Assembly: GCA_027624915.1 (NCBI GenBank) | Contig: JAQBTR010000003.1 | Coordinates: 5,627 to 69,626 of the forward strand | From: a bacterium | GTDB lineage: Bacteria; Patescibacteriota; Minisyncoccia; Ryanbacterales; GWA2-47-10b | DNA: 64,000 nucleotides | Direction of reading: 5' to 3' | Shown: positions 1 to 8,102 of the stretch, one piece after another | Position numbering within the stretch: the stretch's first letter is position 1 | Layout: the number at the start of each line of letters is the position of its first letter | The notes under the pieces: generated by a model | Told to the model about the DNA's origin: nothing | Database searches by the model: none | What the model saw: only the letters and a program-made list of their open reading frames with translations | Made by a program: the position numbers and the translations under genes

Positions 1-2
1 AT

Positions 3-107
3 GGAAAAGTGAAAGTAACTCGACTTGCACGAGGTATTTCAACCGGAACCGAGATGGAATTTGCAGATCCACAAACTCTCACCAACGCAATCAAGGATCG
101 TAAATAA
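3..107 (+). CDS. recR: Recombination protein RecR, 3' end only (gene starts before window)
   Basis: Frame 3 reads GKVKVTRLARGISTGTEMEFADPQTLTNAIKDRK*, matching the RecR C-terminal pattern (VTRLARG..G..LEYAD..TL..A...R). Not in the ORF track. Confidence 0.9.
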   Translation, partial: GKVKVTRLARGISTGTEMEFADPQTLTNAIKDRK

Positions 108-121
108 ATTACCAGCGCATA

Positions 122-150
122 TTGACATGATAGATTTATTATGCTACCAT
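122..150 (+). promoter_or_regulatory. sigma70-type promoter for ORF 210
   Basis: TTGACA-17 bp-TACCAT; AAAGGAG Shine-Dalgarno just before 210. Confidence 0.65.
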
Positions 151-209
151 CTTTTTAAGTTTGGGAGCCTGAGTAGCAAACTAACCGTCAACCATTCAAA
201 GAAAGGAGT

Positions 210-470
210 ATGCACGTGAAGCTGAGCCTTACCTATAGCGCATACAAAGAAATGGAGCGAATACCTGGCCCACCCCTTCGTAAGATTGGCAAGAAAATCC
301 TTGCACTCGCCGAAGATCCAAGACCTCCCTGGAGCGCCGTACTCGAAGGTCAGGGTGGCTGTCTCTTCATTACTGAAAGCGACTGGTACATCCTTTACCA
401 CGTCGATGAGAACAATCGGTCACTCACAATCCTCGGCGTCGTGGATGGTCCAATCCAAACCCTCCACTAA
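210..470 (+). CDS. RelE/ParE-fold protein, catalytically degenerate (paralog 1)
   Basis: SAYKEMERIP..LRKIGKKILALAEDPRPPWS..LEG..DWYILYHVDE..LTILGV follows the RelE/StbE template, but the basic RNase residues are replaced. Confidence 0.75.
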   Translation: MHVKLSLTYSAYKEMERIPGPPLRKIGKKILALAEDPRPPWSAVLEGQGGCLFITESDWYILYHVDENNRSLTILGVVDGPIQTLH

Positions 471-529
471 CCCCCGCCTAGTACGCCCACAGAGTGGAAC
501 GGCGGGATTTTTTATCAAAAAAGCCCACC

Positions 530-754
530 TTAGTCGGTGAGCTCGGCATGCCATGCGACATGATAGAGTGTTTCCTTTTTTCGAATTTTAACCCGAAGTG
601 TGAGGCCTGTACATGCAACAGCCCCGGCCTCGATAAACTCTAGTACTTCTCTATGTATGCGTTGGAATTCTGCAGTCGAAAGACCTCGTCCGGCCTCTTT
701 TGAGCCGTCATCTGAATGTACACAGGCTTCAAGAGTAAGCTTTTTAAGCTGCAT
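530..754 (-). CDS. hypothetical protein
   Basis: 74-aa ORF with AGAGGA SD; LS.A.F..I.R.V..FI segment resembles ORF 1160-1528. Confidence 0.55.
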   Translation of the reverse strand: MQLKKLTLEACVHSDDGSKEAGRGLSTAEFQRIHREVLEFIEAGAVACTGLTLRVKIRKKETLYHVAWHAELTD

Positions 755-844
755 ATTATCCTCTACAAGATACTACGTTGTACACTAGCACAAAGTTTTT
801 ACTAATGATAAGCTGATATCTGACCTGTTCCAACGAGGTGCAAG

Positions 845-1126
845 ATGGCAGATGTAGTATATGAGAAGTTTGCTGAGGACGAATATGATCATCGCGAACT
901 TACCGTAAGTGATAGATGCGCCATCGACACCATACTACACATGCTTGCAACAGATGCAATGCCAGACCCTGATCCAGACACTGGATTCAAAGGTGCACGA
1001 ATAGCAAACCCAGGGGGTTGCTACAGAGTAGAACATGCAGGGTGGGGGGTGTTGTACGACGTAAGTAACGACCAACAGAGTGTGCGAATTCTAAGCTATA
1101 TGCCGGAAGGTACGAGCATTCACTAA
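845..1126 (+). CDS. RelE/ParE-fold protein, degenerate (paralog 2)
   Basis: GAGGTG SD; AIDTILHMLATD.MP...GGCYRVEHAGWGVLYDVS..SVRILS. Confidence 0.65.
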   Translation: MADVVYEKFAEDEYDHRELTVSDRCAIDTILHMLATDAMPDPDPDTGFKGARIANPGGCYRVEHAGWGVLYDVSNDQQSVRILSYMPEGTSIH

Positions 1127-1159
1127 AGAAAACCCCCTCGGAAGAATTCCGAGGCTTTT

Positions 1160-1528
1160 TTAATCCAAATGACTGTCACCTAGGCGTCTCCCAGTAACTC
1201 GTCCTTTTGGTTTTTCCAAACTGCTTCGTTTGAATTGTATTGTAAACTCGACAGCGACAGACATGTCTTCGACATTGCACTCTACACTCAGCTCTGGATA
1301 ACCCTTGAGTATAATATGTATCGTACGCCGTAGGCTGCTAAGATCTCCCCTACTGAGCGGATTTAAATGATATTCACGGCACTTCACCAGTATCCTTGGT
1401 GGCTTTTTGCGAACTTGAGTGCTAACCTTATAAACCTTTCGCTTCCGTGCGAATGCCTGATCAATTTCACCCGCGACACAAGTTAGAAACTTGTGCTTGT
1501 CATCGGCAGATCTAAGTTTTTTTGTCAT
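1160..1528 (-). CDS. hypothetical basic protein
   Basis: 122-aa K/R-rich ORF with GAGG SD, converging on ORF 845 across a hairpin. Confidence 0.55.
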   Translation of the reverse strand: MTKKLRSADDKHKFLTCVAGEIDQAFARKRKVYKVSTQVRKKPPRILVKCREYHLNPLSRGDLSSLRRTIHIILKGYPELSVECNVEDMSVAVEFTIQFKRSSLEKPKGRVTGRRLGDSHLD

Positions 1529-1632
1529 ACCTCATCCTCTCTTGATGTCCAAGGCCTATAGTGCCACATATATTTGAGTCTGTACAGACGCGATATATTA
1601 TGTAAACTATAATCAGAATGTGGAGGGGTAGT

Positions 1633-1941
1633 ATGGAAGAGGTGTCACCAACTCTATCGACGGCGGATGCTATCGCTCGGGAAATTGACGAACTTCTCCC
1701 TGATGCGCTTGCTGAAGCATTAGGAGAAGCAGTTGTCGCGCTCGACAACGATCCATATCCAGAAGGATGTTTTAACTTTCTCAACTGCTGTATGGCAGTT
1801 CGTGTATCCGAAGACATCCCCATGGAAGATGAACCAGGGGAGACTAAAGATATAGACTGGCTCGTCCTTTACGAACATACACATGAACATGGAGTAGTGA
1901 TTGTCGGAGTAGTCCCAGACAAACTCTATCTTGTTCAATAA
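1633..1941 (+). CDS. RelE/ParE-fold protein, degenerate and acidic (paralog 3)
   Basis: GGAGGG SD before ATG 1633; ALDNDPYPEG..CMAVRV..DWLVLYE..VVIVGV. Confidence 0.6.
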   Translation: MEEVSPTLSTADAIAREIDELLPDALAEALGEAVVALDNDPYPEGCFNFLNCCMAVRVSEDIPMEDEPGETKDIDWLVLYEHTHEHGVVIVGVVPDKLYLVQ

Positions 1942-1943
1942 CC

Positions 1944-1970
1944 AAAAACCGCCCTTAGGCGGCTTTTTTT
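1944..1970. terminator. bidirectional intrinsic terminator
   Basis: AAAAACCGCC-CTTA-GGCGGCTTTTTT between convergent genes. Confidence 0.7.
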
Positions 1971-2280
1971 ATTTAATGGATTTGATTTCAATCTCTGTGT
2001 ATGGTTGTCGATGTCCCTGTCGGCGTCGGCGTCGTGTCTTTGATTGGTATCGCATGATAGCAATTTTTCGTGCTCGAGCCTGTTTTAAAACGGTAGCCTC
2101 AACCTTGGCTTTTTCCACGTATGGAGCACCAACTTTTGAAGTTTTTTCGTCTGCGATCAAAAGGACCTTATCAAAAATAATAGTATTCCCCTCCTCTAAA
2201 TCGGCAAGTTTTTCAACCCGAAGCTTAGCGCCGGGTTCTGCAATATACTGTTTTCCACCTGTTTCGATTACTGCAAACAT
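1969..2280 (-). CDS. rplU: 50S ribosomal protein L21
   Basis: MFAVIETGGKQY...GHRQPYTEIEI. Confidence 0.98.
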   Translation of the reverse strand: MFAVIETGGKQYIAEPGAKLRVEKLADLEEGNTIIFDKVLLIADEKTSKVGAPYVEKAKVEATVLKQARARKIAIMRYQSKTRRRRRQGHRQPYTEIEIKSIK

Positions 2281-2290
2281 GACCTAGATA

Positions 2291-3334
2291 TTAATCCAAG
2301 ATGTCGGGTTTGTCAAGGATTTCTGGCTCTACGTCCATCCCCTCACCACCGATTCTAACCATATCTTTGTCGATTTTTTTGAACTCCTTATATGCACTGT
2401 TATACATACTTACGCTGGTTCCCAAATTCTTCCCAAGACGTGCCATATAGTCCTCATAACTCATGAGGTGGCGTCTAAGGTCTTCAACTCGACCTCTGAT
2501 TTCCTTGGCTGACTCTTCAATTTGGAGAGCTCGAAGCCCTTGCAAAACGGTCTGCAAATATGCCAAAAATGATGTGGGCGAGACAATCATAACGTGCCGC
2601 TCTTTAAAGGCATACTCAATTAAATCACGCGTATGTACCTTGGCCGCCCCCACTTGGGCCACCAACAAATCATAATATATAGCCTCGTGAGGAATAAACA
2701 TAAAGGCAAAATCTAGAGTTCCCTCATCTGGTTTTATATATTTTGAAGTCTCATCAATACGAAGCTTGAGGTCAGATTTAAATGCCTTCTCTAGGCGCTC
2801 ACGTTCGGCCGAATCTCTCTCATCGACAAGCCTGTTGTAATTCTCAAGTGAAAATTTTGAGTCTATAGGAATAATCTTATCTTTCACGAACACAACAGCA
2901 TCCACGATAGTTCCATCTTTAAATGTATATTGCATCTGGTAGCTTCCTGGTGGCAGGACATTCTTGAGTAATGTCTCAAGATAATATTCACCCAATATTC
3001 CTCGTTGCTTAGGATTCTTTAAAATGTCCTGCAAACTCTTTAACTGATCTGTAAAATTAACAACTTGCCTATTAGTCTCATCGAGTTTTGTTAGTTTTTC
3101 TGTTACATCACTAATGATTTTTATGTGTTCTCCAAACTGCGAGTGAATCATTTTTGACGACTCACCCATTCTGGTGTCCATCATGCGTGCAATCTCATTA
3201 AGCTGATTTTGAAGCATCACAAAATCCTGACCTTGACCAGTATTTTGCCGGCGTGTCATTAATATATAAATAACACCTCCAAAGACACTAAGCCCCAAAA
3301 GTATAAAAATACCTATGATAAACCCTTGTAACAT
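2291..3334 (-). CDS. rmuC: DNA recombination protein RmuC
   Basis: N-terminal TM, coiled coil, RGILGE, IDSKF, FAFMFIPHE, SPTSF. Confidence 0.93.
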   Translation of the reverse strand: MLQGFIIGIFILLGLSVFGGVIYILMTRRQNTGQGQDFVMLQNQLNEIARMMDTRMGESSKMIHSQFGEHIKIISDVTEKLTKLDETNRQVVNFTDQLKSLQDILKNPKQRGILGEYYLETLLKNVLPPGSYQMQYTFKDGTIVDAVVFVKDKIIPIDSKFSLENYNRLVDERDSAERERLEKAFKSDLKLRIDETSKYIKPDEGTLDFAFMFIPHEAIYYDLLVAQVGAAKVHTRDLIEYAFKERHVMIVSPTSFLAYLQTVLQGLRALQIEESAKEIRGRVEDLRRHLMSYEDYMARLGKNLGTSVSMYNSAYKEFKKIDKDMVRIGGEGMDVEPEILDKPDILD

Positions 3335-3377
3335 TACTCTACTCTACCATATAAAAAGAGGCTCGAAAGCCCCTTCC

Positions 3378-3860
3378 TCACCCCTCATTGAAGGTGAAAA
3401 TCCCCTGCATAATGGTGTGTATCTCACCGAGTGCCGTCGTCATTTCTATTGCCATCTCGAGTACTTGTGTGGCTTCTCGGAGGGTCAACTCTACTCCACT
3501 CTCGGCAAATATACCAAAGTGTTGAGCAAAGGCAAGTATGCCATCCGAGTTTGTTTTCAACAACTCTGCCATAATCATGAACGAATGAATATCAATAATC
3601 AAAAGATCCGTACCTGGGTGCAAATAGTCCAATTGAGATTCATCGTTAGCATCAACAATAATATTCCCAACTTGAATAAATCGATTAACGGCAACAACAA
3701 AGAGGTTGAGTCCTTGAAATGCTTGCGCAAGGTTAGGGTCTCGTCCCCTACAATCGCGTACCATAACTTTGAGAGGTCCTTCGCAAAGCTCTTGGTAAAC
3801 GCCTGTAGCATGCGCGAGCAAGGACCCCATCTCGAGAAAACGTTCGCGAGAAGCAATCAT
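3378..3860 (-). CDS. hypothetical helical protein (paralog of 3901-4392)
   Basis: GAGGAGG SD precedes ATG 3860 (MIASRERFLEM), which is a better start than 4052. Confidence 0.65.
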   Translation of the reverse strand: MIASRERFLEMGSLLAHATGVYQELCEGPLKVMVRDCRGRDPNLAQAFQGLNLFVVAVNRFIQVGNIIVDANDESQLDYLHPGTDLLIIDIHSFMIMAELLKTNSDGILAFAQHFGIFAESGVELTLREATQVLEMAIEMTTALGEIHTIMQGIFTFNEG

Positions 3861-3900
3861 GCACGCCTCCTCTTCTAAATATAAGAGTAACAAAAATGCC

Positions 3901-4392
3901 CTAGCTGTTGCTAGAGCCGTTCGCACTGTCTGGTCTATTGGCCACATAAAGCGCATGGTAGAGCTCTGAAATTGTGCACACACCCTTACTTGTTTCATGT
4001 GCCTGAAGCGCCGTTGCATCAAAGTCGAGCTCTCCTTTTTGAAAGGCAACAAACGCTTGCCCCGTCTTGAGAAGTGCTCTCAATGTTGCTTCTTCTAGTA
4101 AGACAACTTCATCGAATGTCTCACTATCAAAATAGAGGGGTTGGTCTCGTGCGATTAAAAGCAATGCTCCGTCCCCACTCTTACCAAGTTCAACAGTAAG
4201 AAATTTGAGTCCGCCAAGGTAGCGATACACGAGAGCTATTTCGTTTGCAATATGCTCAATTAAGCTTGATTCTTTTGATGTTCCTTTTAGTTTTGGAACG
4301 TGGCTCAACTCATGAATAAGTAATTCTGTATGTTCATTCACCTGTGTAACTAACTTATGCATCAAAAGAAATGTAGTAAGTGAGACCTTCAT
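3901..4392 (-). CDS. hypothetical helical protein
   Basis: AAAGGAGG SD; 163 aa; colinear similarity to the 3378-3860 product. Confidence 0.65.
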   Translation of the reverse strand: MKVSLTTFLLMHKLVTQVNEHTELLIHELSHVPKLKGTSKESSLIEHIANEIALVYRYLGGLKFLTVELGKSGDGALLLIARDQPLYFDSETFDEVVLLEEATLRALLKTGQAFVAFQKGELDFDATALQAHETSKGVCTISELYHALYVANRPDSANGSSNS

Positions 4393-4451
4393 GCTCCCCT
4401 CCTTTCATCTATACAGATAAATAACACAAAACCCTTGTTGGTACAAGGGTT

Positions 4452-4835
4452 TTATTTTAGGATATTTACAATTTTTACTGTCAGGTCTTTGAGTGATGTA
4501 TTGGATTTTATCAGGTAGTCCTTTGCACCAAGTTTTAATGTTCTGTGTATCTCATCCTGATCTTCACTCAAATTAGTCAAAACGATTACTGGTATGCTCT
4601 TCCACCTATCATCCTTATTTAAAACCTCAAGCATTTCAGTTCCAGTCATCTCATGCATCATTATGTCCAAAATAATAAGATCTATGTCATTGGCTCCCGC
4701 CAACTTCTCAAGACCTTCCTTTCCATTTTCAGCACTAATAACATCGGCTCCCTCTTCGGTAAACCATTCTTTGTAGGTCTTTTGGAGAATCATATCATCC
4801 TCAACAACCAATATCTTTTTTCCTTTTAGACTCAT
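4452..4835 (-). CDS. single-domain response regulator (CheY-like receiver)
   Basis: ILVVEDD, ILDIMM (phosphoacceptor Asp), VLTN, YLIK. Confidence 0.92.
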   Translation of the reverse strand: MSLKGKKILVVEDDMILQKTYKEWFTEEGADVISAENGKEGLEKLAGANDIDLIILDIMMHEMTGTEMLEVLNKDDRWKSIPVIVLTNLSEDQDEIHRTLKLGAKDYLIKSNTSLKDLTVKIVNILK

Positions 4836-4886
4836 ATATGTATAGTAGACTCGTTTTTTATCAAAATCAAATATGTATTACTACCT

Positions 4887-4914
4887 AAAAACACGCGCCC
4901 CGGCGCGTGTTTTT
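4887..4914. terminator. intrinsic terminator hairpin
   Basis: AAAAACACGCGCC-CC-GGCGCGTGTTTTT. Confidence 0.75.
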
Positions 4915-4915
4915 G

Positions 4916-5155
4916 TTAAGAATTTATCATATTAGATGGGAGCCAGTCCATAAGCTGTTTTCTATGCTTACTTGTTGACCACAAATCACCTCCATCTTTA
5001 AACAAATTAGGATGTGATGCCTTAAACTTGTTTAATATGATTGTCGATGCTTGAGGAAAACTGTCAGGGATGCTCTGATTGTAGAGTTCCATAAAAATCG
5101 GCAATGTTGTATAAACAAGACTCTCTTCATATTCAACATTTTTGCTGTGTGCCAT
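4916..5155 (-). CDS. small hypothetical protein
   Basis: About 79 aa, protein-like composition, followed by a terminator. Confidence 0.6.
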   Translation of the reverse strand: MAHSKNVEYEESLVYTTLPIFMELYNQSIPDSFPQASTIILNKFKASHPNLFKDGGDLWSTSKHRKQLMDWLPSNMINS

Positions 5156-5199
5156 GCCATAATGTAACACAAAAAGGGTAAAAAATCAACTAAGAAGAA

Positions 5200-5352
5200 T
5201 TATCTATAATATTTAAAAAGCGCTTCTATGCCAGCTTTATTTTGACTCCACTCAATCGTCTCGTGAGTTTTGAGCTCCACCGTAATCGCTGGAATATTGA
5301 TTGAAGCAAGCCATCCCTCTGCATCCCCCGTTATCTCATATGCATCAAATTG
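5200..5352 (-). pseudogene. C-terminal fragment of an M14 zinc carboxypeptidase-like protein
   Basis: FDAYEITGDAEGWLASINIPAITVELKT matches the M14 Y..tG...dW......aiTvEL tail; the N-terminal part is missing. Confidence 0.6.
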
Positions 5353-5690
5353 ACAAAAAAGGACGCGCTCATGCGTCAAAAAAGCTCGCTTCAAGCAAAA
5401 TCTTCATCTGCTCGAGCTGAGAGAAAGAATTGGGTCGAACCCCTGCGGAAGTGGATTTTGGATTCAAAACGCGCGGGGTTTCTGGCAACCAGTGAAAATC
5501 TCCACGAGATGCGAGATTTTCTGCGTTCCTTCGGAACGAACCCCGCGCTCCAAGACAAAACTATTTCGATCTCATTTTGCCCGCCCTCCGAATTCGCCCG
5601 CGCCCGCAAGACGGATTTCATTCCCTCGCCATACAGCGCGCCTTCGGCGCGCCCAGATTTTGCGCTTACTTCCGACCAAGTTTCTGAATG
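5350..5690 (+). pseudogene. C-terminal remnant of a site-specific (large serine) recombinase abutting tRNA-Glu
   Basis: GC-richer segment; WVEPLRKWILD...FGTNPALQDK resembles the tails of CPR recombinases that read into a tRNA 3' end; no catalytic domain. Confidence 0.55.
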
Positions 5691-5762
5691 TGACCCTATG
5701 GGGAATCGAACCCCAGTTTCATCCGTGAGAGGGACGTGTCCTAGCCGCTAGACGATAGGGCC
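5691..5762 (-). tRNA. tRNA-Glu (CTC)
   Basis: Reverse complement GGCCCTATCGTCTAGCGGCTAGGACACGTCCCTCTCACGGATGAAACTGGGGTTCGATTCCCCATAGGGTCA folds as a cloverleaf with TTCGA T-loop and CTC anticodon; CCA not encoded. Confidence 0.97.
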
Positions 5763-5895
5763 AAATTGGCTATTTATCTTTATACAATACAGCTCCCTGT
5801 TTCAACCGAAGTTAAGTCATGTTCATATTGTACGCACTAATATACCACAAAATCATTACCTATGCTAGTATTCTCCCAGACCAAAGGAGCTAACA

Positions 5896-6258
5896 GTGTC
5901 GGGTCAAACTCAAAAAACTCATGGGATAACTGACTATCTTTCCCACAAAGCTGATATCGTTTTGGGGCGTCACAGAGGTATGCGTGGCCCTGAAATAGAC
6001 CGACAAGAAATTGAAACATTTATTGCACAGCGCCTTGGCTCTACACCATTTATGATTAGCGATAAAACGGTTCTCTATATTCATGGCGATATCGTACGAG
6101 AGCCTGTACTCATTATTAGCACCTTCAAACCAGACACCATGGCCGACAGCTCATGGATGAAGATCCTACAGACACTTATCTATGATCTCAAAAAGGAATT
6201 CGAGCAGGAAGAGATCCATCTCGAACGCACCCCCACCCACCGCACCATCTACTTCTAA
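5896..6258 (+). CDS. DUF3574-like (PII/ferredoxin-fold) protein
   Basis: AAAGGAG SD; LGRH..GPEI..EIETFI, GDIVREP and LKKEFEQEEI parallel the DUF3574 FGR../IVREP/YK.RF.QESV motifs. Confidence 0.55.
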   Translation: MSGQTQKTHGITDYLSHKADIVLGRHRGMRGPEIDRQEIETFIAQRLGSTPFMISDKTVLYIHGDIVREPVLIISTFKPDTMADSSWMKILQTLIYDLKKEFEQEEIHLERTPTHRTIYF

Positions 6259-6326
6259 GGTGCGGCTTTTTTAATTTTAAATAACTAACCCTATATTTAC
6301 CGGATACCCCTCCCCCAACCAATCTA

Positions 6327-6365
6327 AACAACACCCCAACAAACTTGAGAATGTTGGGGTGTTGT
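6327..6365. repeat. 39-bp palindromic element, copy 1
   Basis: AACAACACCCCAACA-AACTTGAGAA-TGTTGGGGTGTTGT; identical copy at 7241-7279. Confidence 0.9.
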
Positions 6366-6457
6366 GGTTTAAAAGATTATCAAAAAACCGCATACATTAT
6401 CGAACATATGCGGTAGGTTACAGCTGAACTACGAACTTAGTTGCCTTACTTGCTACC

Positions 6458-6706
6458 TCACTTTGAGATTTTCATGAGGCGATTACCATCAGCCCCACAC
6501 TCTATCCAATATAGGGTATCGTTATTGATGATCACTTCTTGATGATCTGATGTTTCAACAAATAGAAATGGTTCATTCCCATTGATTGGCATTCGCATGA
6601 TACCATCGGGCTGATGCCAATACAGATGAGAGTCATTGTGTACAATATGGTTTGGAGTAGCAAGACCCTCCACGACCTTACTGACAACACCACCGATTGT
6701 AGGCAA
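6458..6706 (-). pseudogene. beta-propeller (LYW-repeat) C-terminal fragment
   Basis: Two LYW blades only; an in-frame TGA lies just upstream and there is no good start. Confidence 0.45.
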
Positions 6707-6859
6707 AGAATAGTACAGTCATTGCAATCGGCATTAAGTTGGAACTCAACAGCTGCCTCAGGCACATCAATTAACCTACCCACCGCTCTGCACGCTATAT
6801 ACCTATGCGTATTTGTGCTGTAGGCATATACTTGAGTATATAAGCTAAAAATCAAAGTT

Positions 6860-7135
6860 ATGGAAAATAAAAAAGCAATTGCACTTTTGGTCGTAGCAGC
6901 GGGATTCTTAGTATACCCACTTAGCATACTCCTGCCGTACGGGCATGGATTTGCACCATCGTCTCTACCAAATTCTGTACGAGTAATCGCATTATATCTC
7001 CCAGAAATCCTATCTATAGCAGCAATTATCCTATCTGGAATGGTTGTCATGAAGTCCCAAAACAAAGTCTTGAGAGTCATTGGTGTACTCCTCGCTCTAT
7101 TGGCTATCTGGCCAATCTACTCGCTCAATTTCTAA
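6860..7135 (+). CDS. small membrane protein (3 TM)
   Basis: Three hydrophobic stretches; terminator at about 7195-7221. Confidence 0.65.
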   Translation: MENKKAIALLVVAAGFLVYPLSILLPYGHGFAPSSLPNSVRVIALYLPEILSIAAIILSGMVVMKSQNKVLRVIGVLLALLAIWPIYSLNF

Positions 7136-7240
7136 GCTCCGTTTTCAACGAAGTCTAGAATAGAATAAGCATAAAAATCTACAAAAGTCAATCAAAAAAA
7201 CCGCGCATCGCGCGGGTTTTTCAATCAATACTTTTTACCC

Positions 7241-7279
7241 AACAACACCCCAACAAACTTGAGAATGTTGGGGTGTTGT
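7241..7279. repeat. 39-bp palindromic element, copy 2
   Basis: Identical to 6327-6365, same orientation. Confidence 0.9.
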
Positions 7280-7380
7280 TATCTTTTCTGAAATGATTCA
7301 AGAAATCTAACAAAAGTTTTACCGTATGGCGTTTAAAAATAAAAAACCATAGCGCCTACTTCTAGGTAGGTGGTTTTTTA

Positions 7381-7710
7381 TTACAATCTTAGAAAAGCTC
7401 CGAAGAGAGCAACTTTGATAACAAGAGTAATTATTGGGGAAACAAGAGCGATGTTAATTATGTAAAGAGGTAGAAGAGAGCTATTGCTTACCAGCGCATG
7501 AGTGTTCTTCTTCCTAGCTATCACAAGTAGAGTGTATAGATAAAAAGCAATGGCAACCGAACTCCACAAAATAGATAATGATGGTTCTTTTATATCGTCT
7601 ATTATTTCAAGATAACTACTCGTTAATGTAAAGTCCCACTGCCCAAAACTATACAAGTTAATAAACAAAAGAATCGCCAGGATTATTAGGTGAAATTTTT
7701 TACCTTCCAT
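7381..7710 (-). CDS. small membrane protein
   Basis: 109 aa, three hydrophobic segments. Confidence 0.6.
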   Translation of the reverse strand: MEGKKFHLIILAILLFINLYSFGQWDFTLTSSYLEIIDDIKEPSLSILWSSVAIAFYLYTLLVIARKKNTHALVSNSSLLPLYIINIALVSPIITLVIKVALFGAFLRL

Positions 7711-7729
7711 GACTTAAATATGCTGAGGA

Positions 7730-7969
7730 CTATACCCCCAAAGATTTGAGGACTTCGTAGACGAGAAAGGCTGGCCATACAAGAGCTTTCAGAAAGCCGA
7801 CGGCACCTGCTGCTAATCCAGTCGTAGTAGTTATGTAATAATATGCAGCCCCAAAAAAACCGAATGCATAAAGACCGCCACCTCCACCACAGCCACCGTG
7901 CTTCCATTTTTTTGACCCGCACTTACATCCCATACCACACGTCTTTTTTTCACTTGTTTCGTTTTCCAT
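7730..7969 (-). CDS. small membrane protein with Cys/Gly-rich N-terminus
   Basis: CGMGCKC..GGCGGGGG then LYAFGFFGAAYYY..FLKALVWPAFLVY; start probably 7969 or 7987. Confidence 0.7.
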   Translation of the reverse strand: MENETSEKKTCGMGCKCGSKKWKHGGCGGGGGLYAFGFFGAAYYYITTTTGLAAGAVGFLKALVWPAFLVYEVLKSLGV

Positions 7970-8102
7970 GACTTTAGTATACGACATTGTTGTCCTACGA
8001 ACGATAGTGAGCAGCTGACAACAAGGAGTGCCCTTGTGGTGTGACCTAATTTTTAATGACCTGGGGTCATATAAAAATGGAAATACTCCTGTGGTGCAAA
8101 AA

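Noticed and set aside
210-1941. Canonical type II toxin-antitoxin operons
   Set aside because: No co-oriented antitoxin ORF is adjacent to any RelE-like gene, and the catalytic residues are missing.
3315-4052. ORFs 3315-3878 (+) and the 4052 start for ORF 3378
   Set aside because: The first is antisense to a better-supported gene; the second overlaps the upstream gene, and a strong SD supports ATG 3860.
6458-6725. TGA recoding (genetic code 25) to extend the propeller fragment
   Set aside because: Conserved genes translate fully in code 11, and several use TGA as stop in ATGA overlaps.
6327-7279. Integron attC sites
   Set aside because: Perfect short stems without the extrahelical bases or clear R-box geometry, and no integron integrase nearby.
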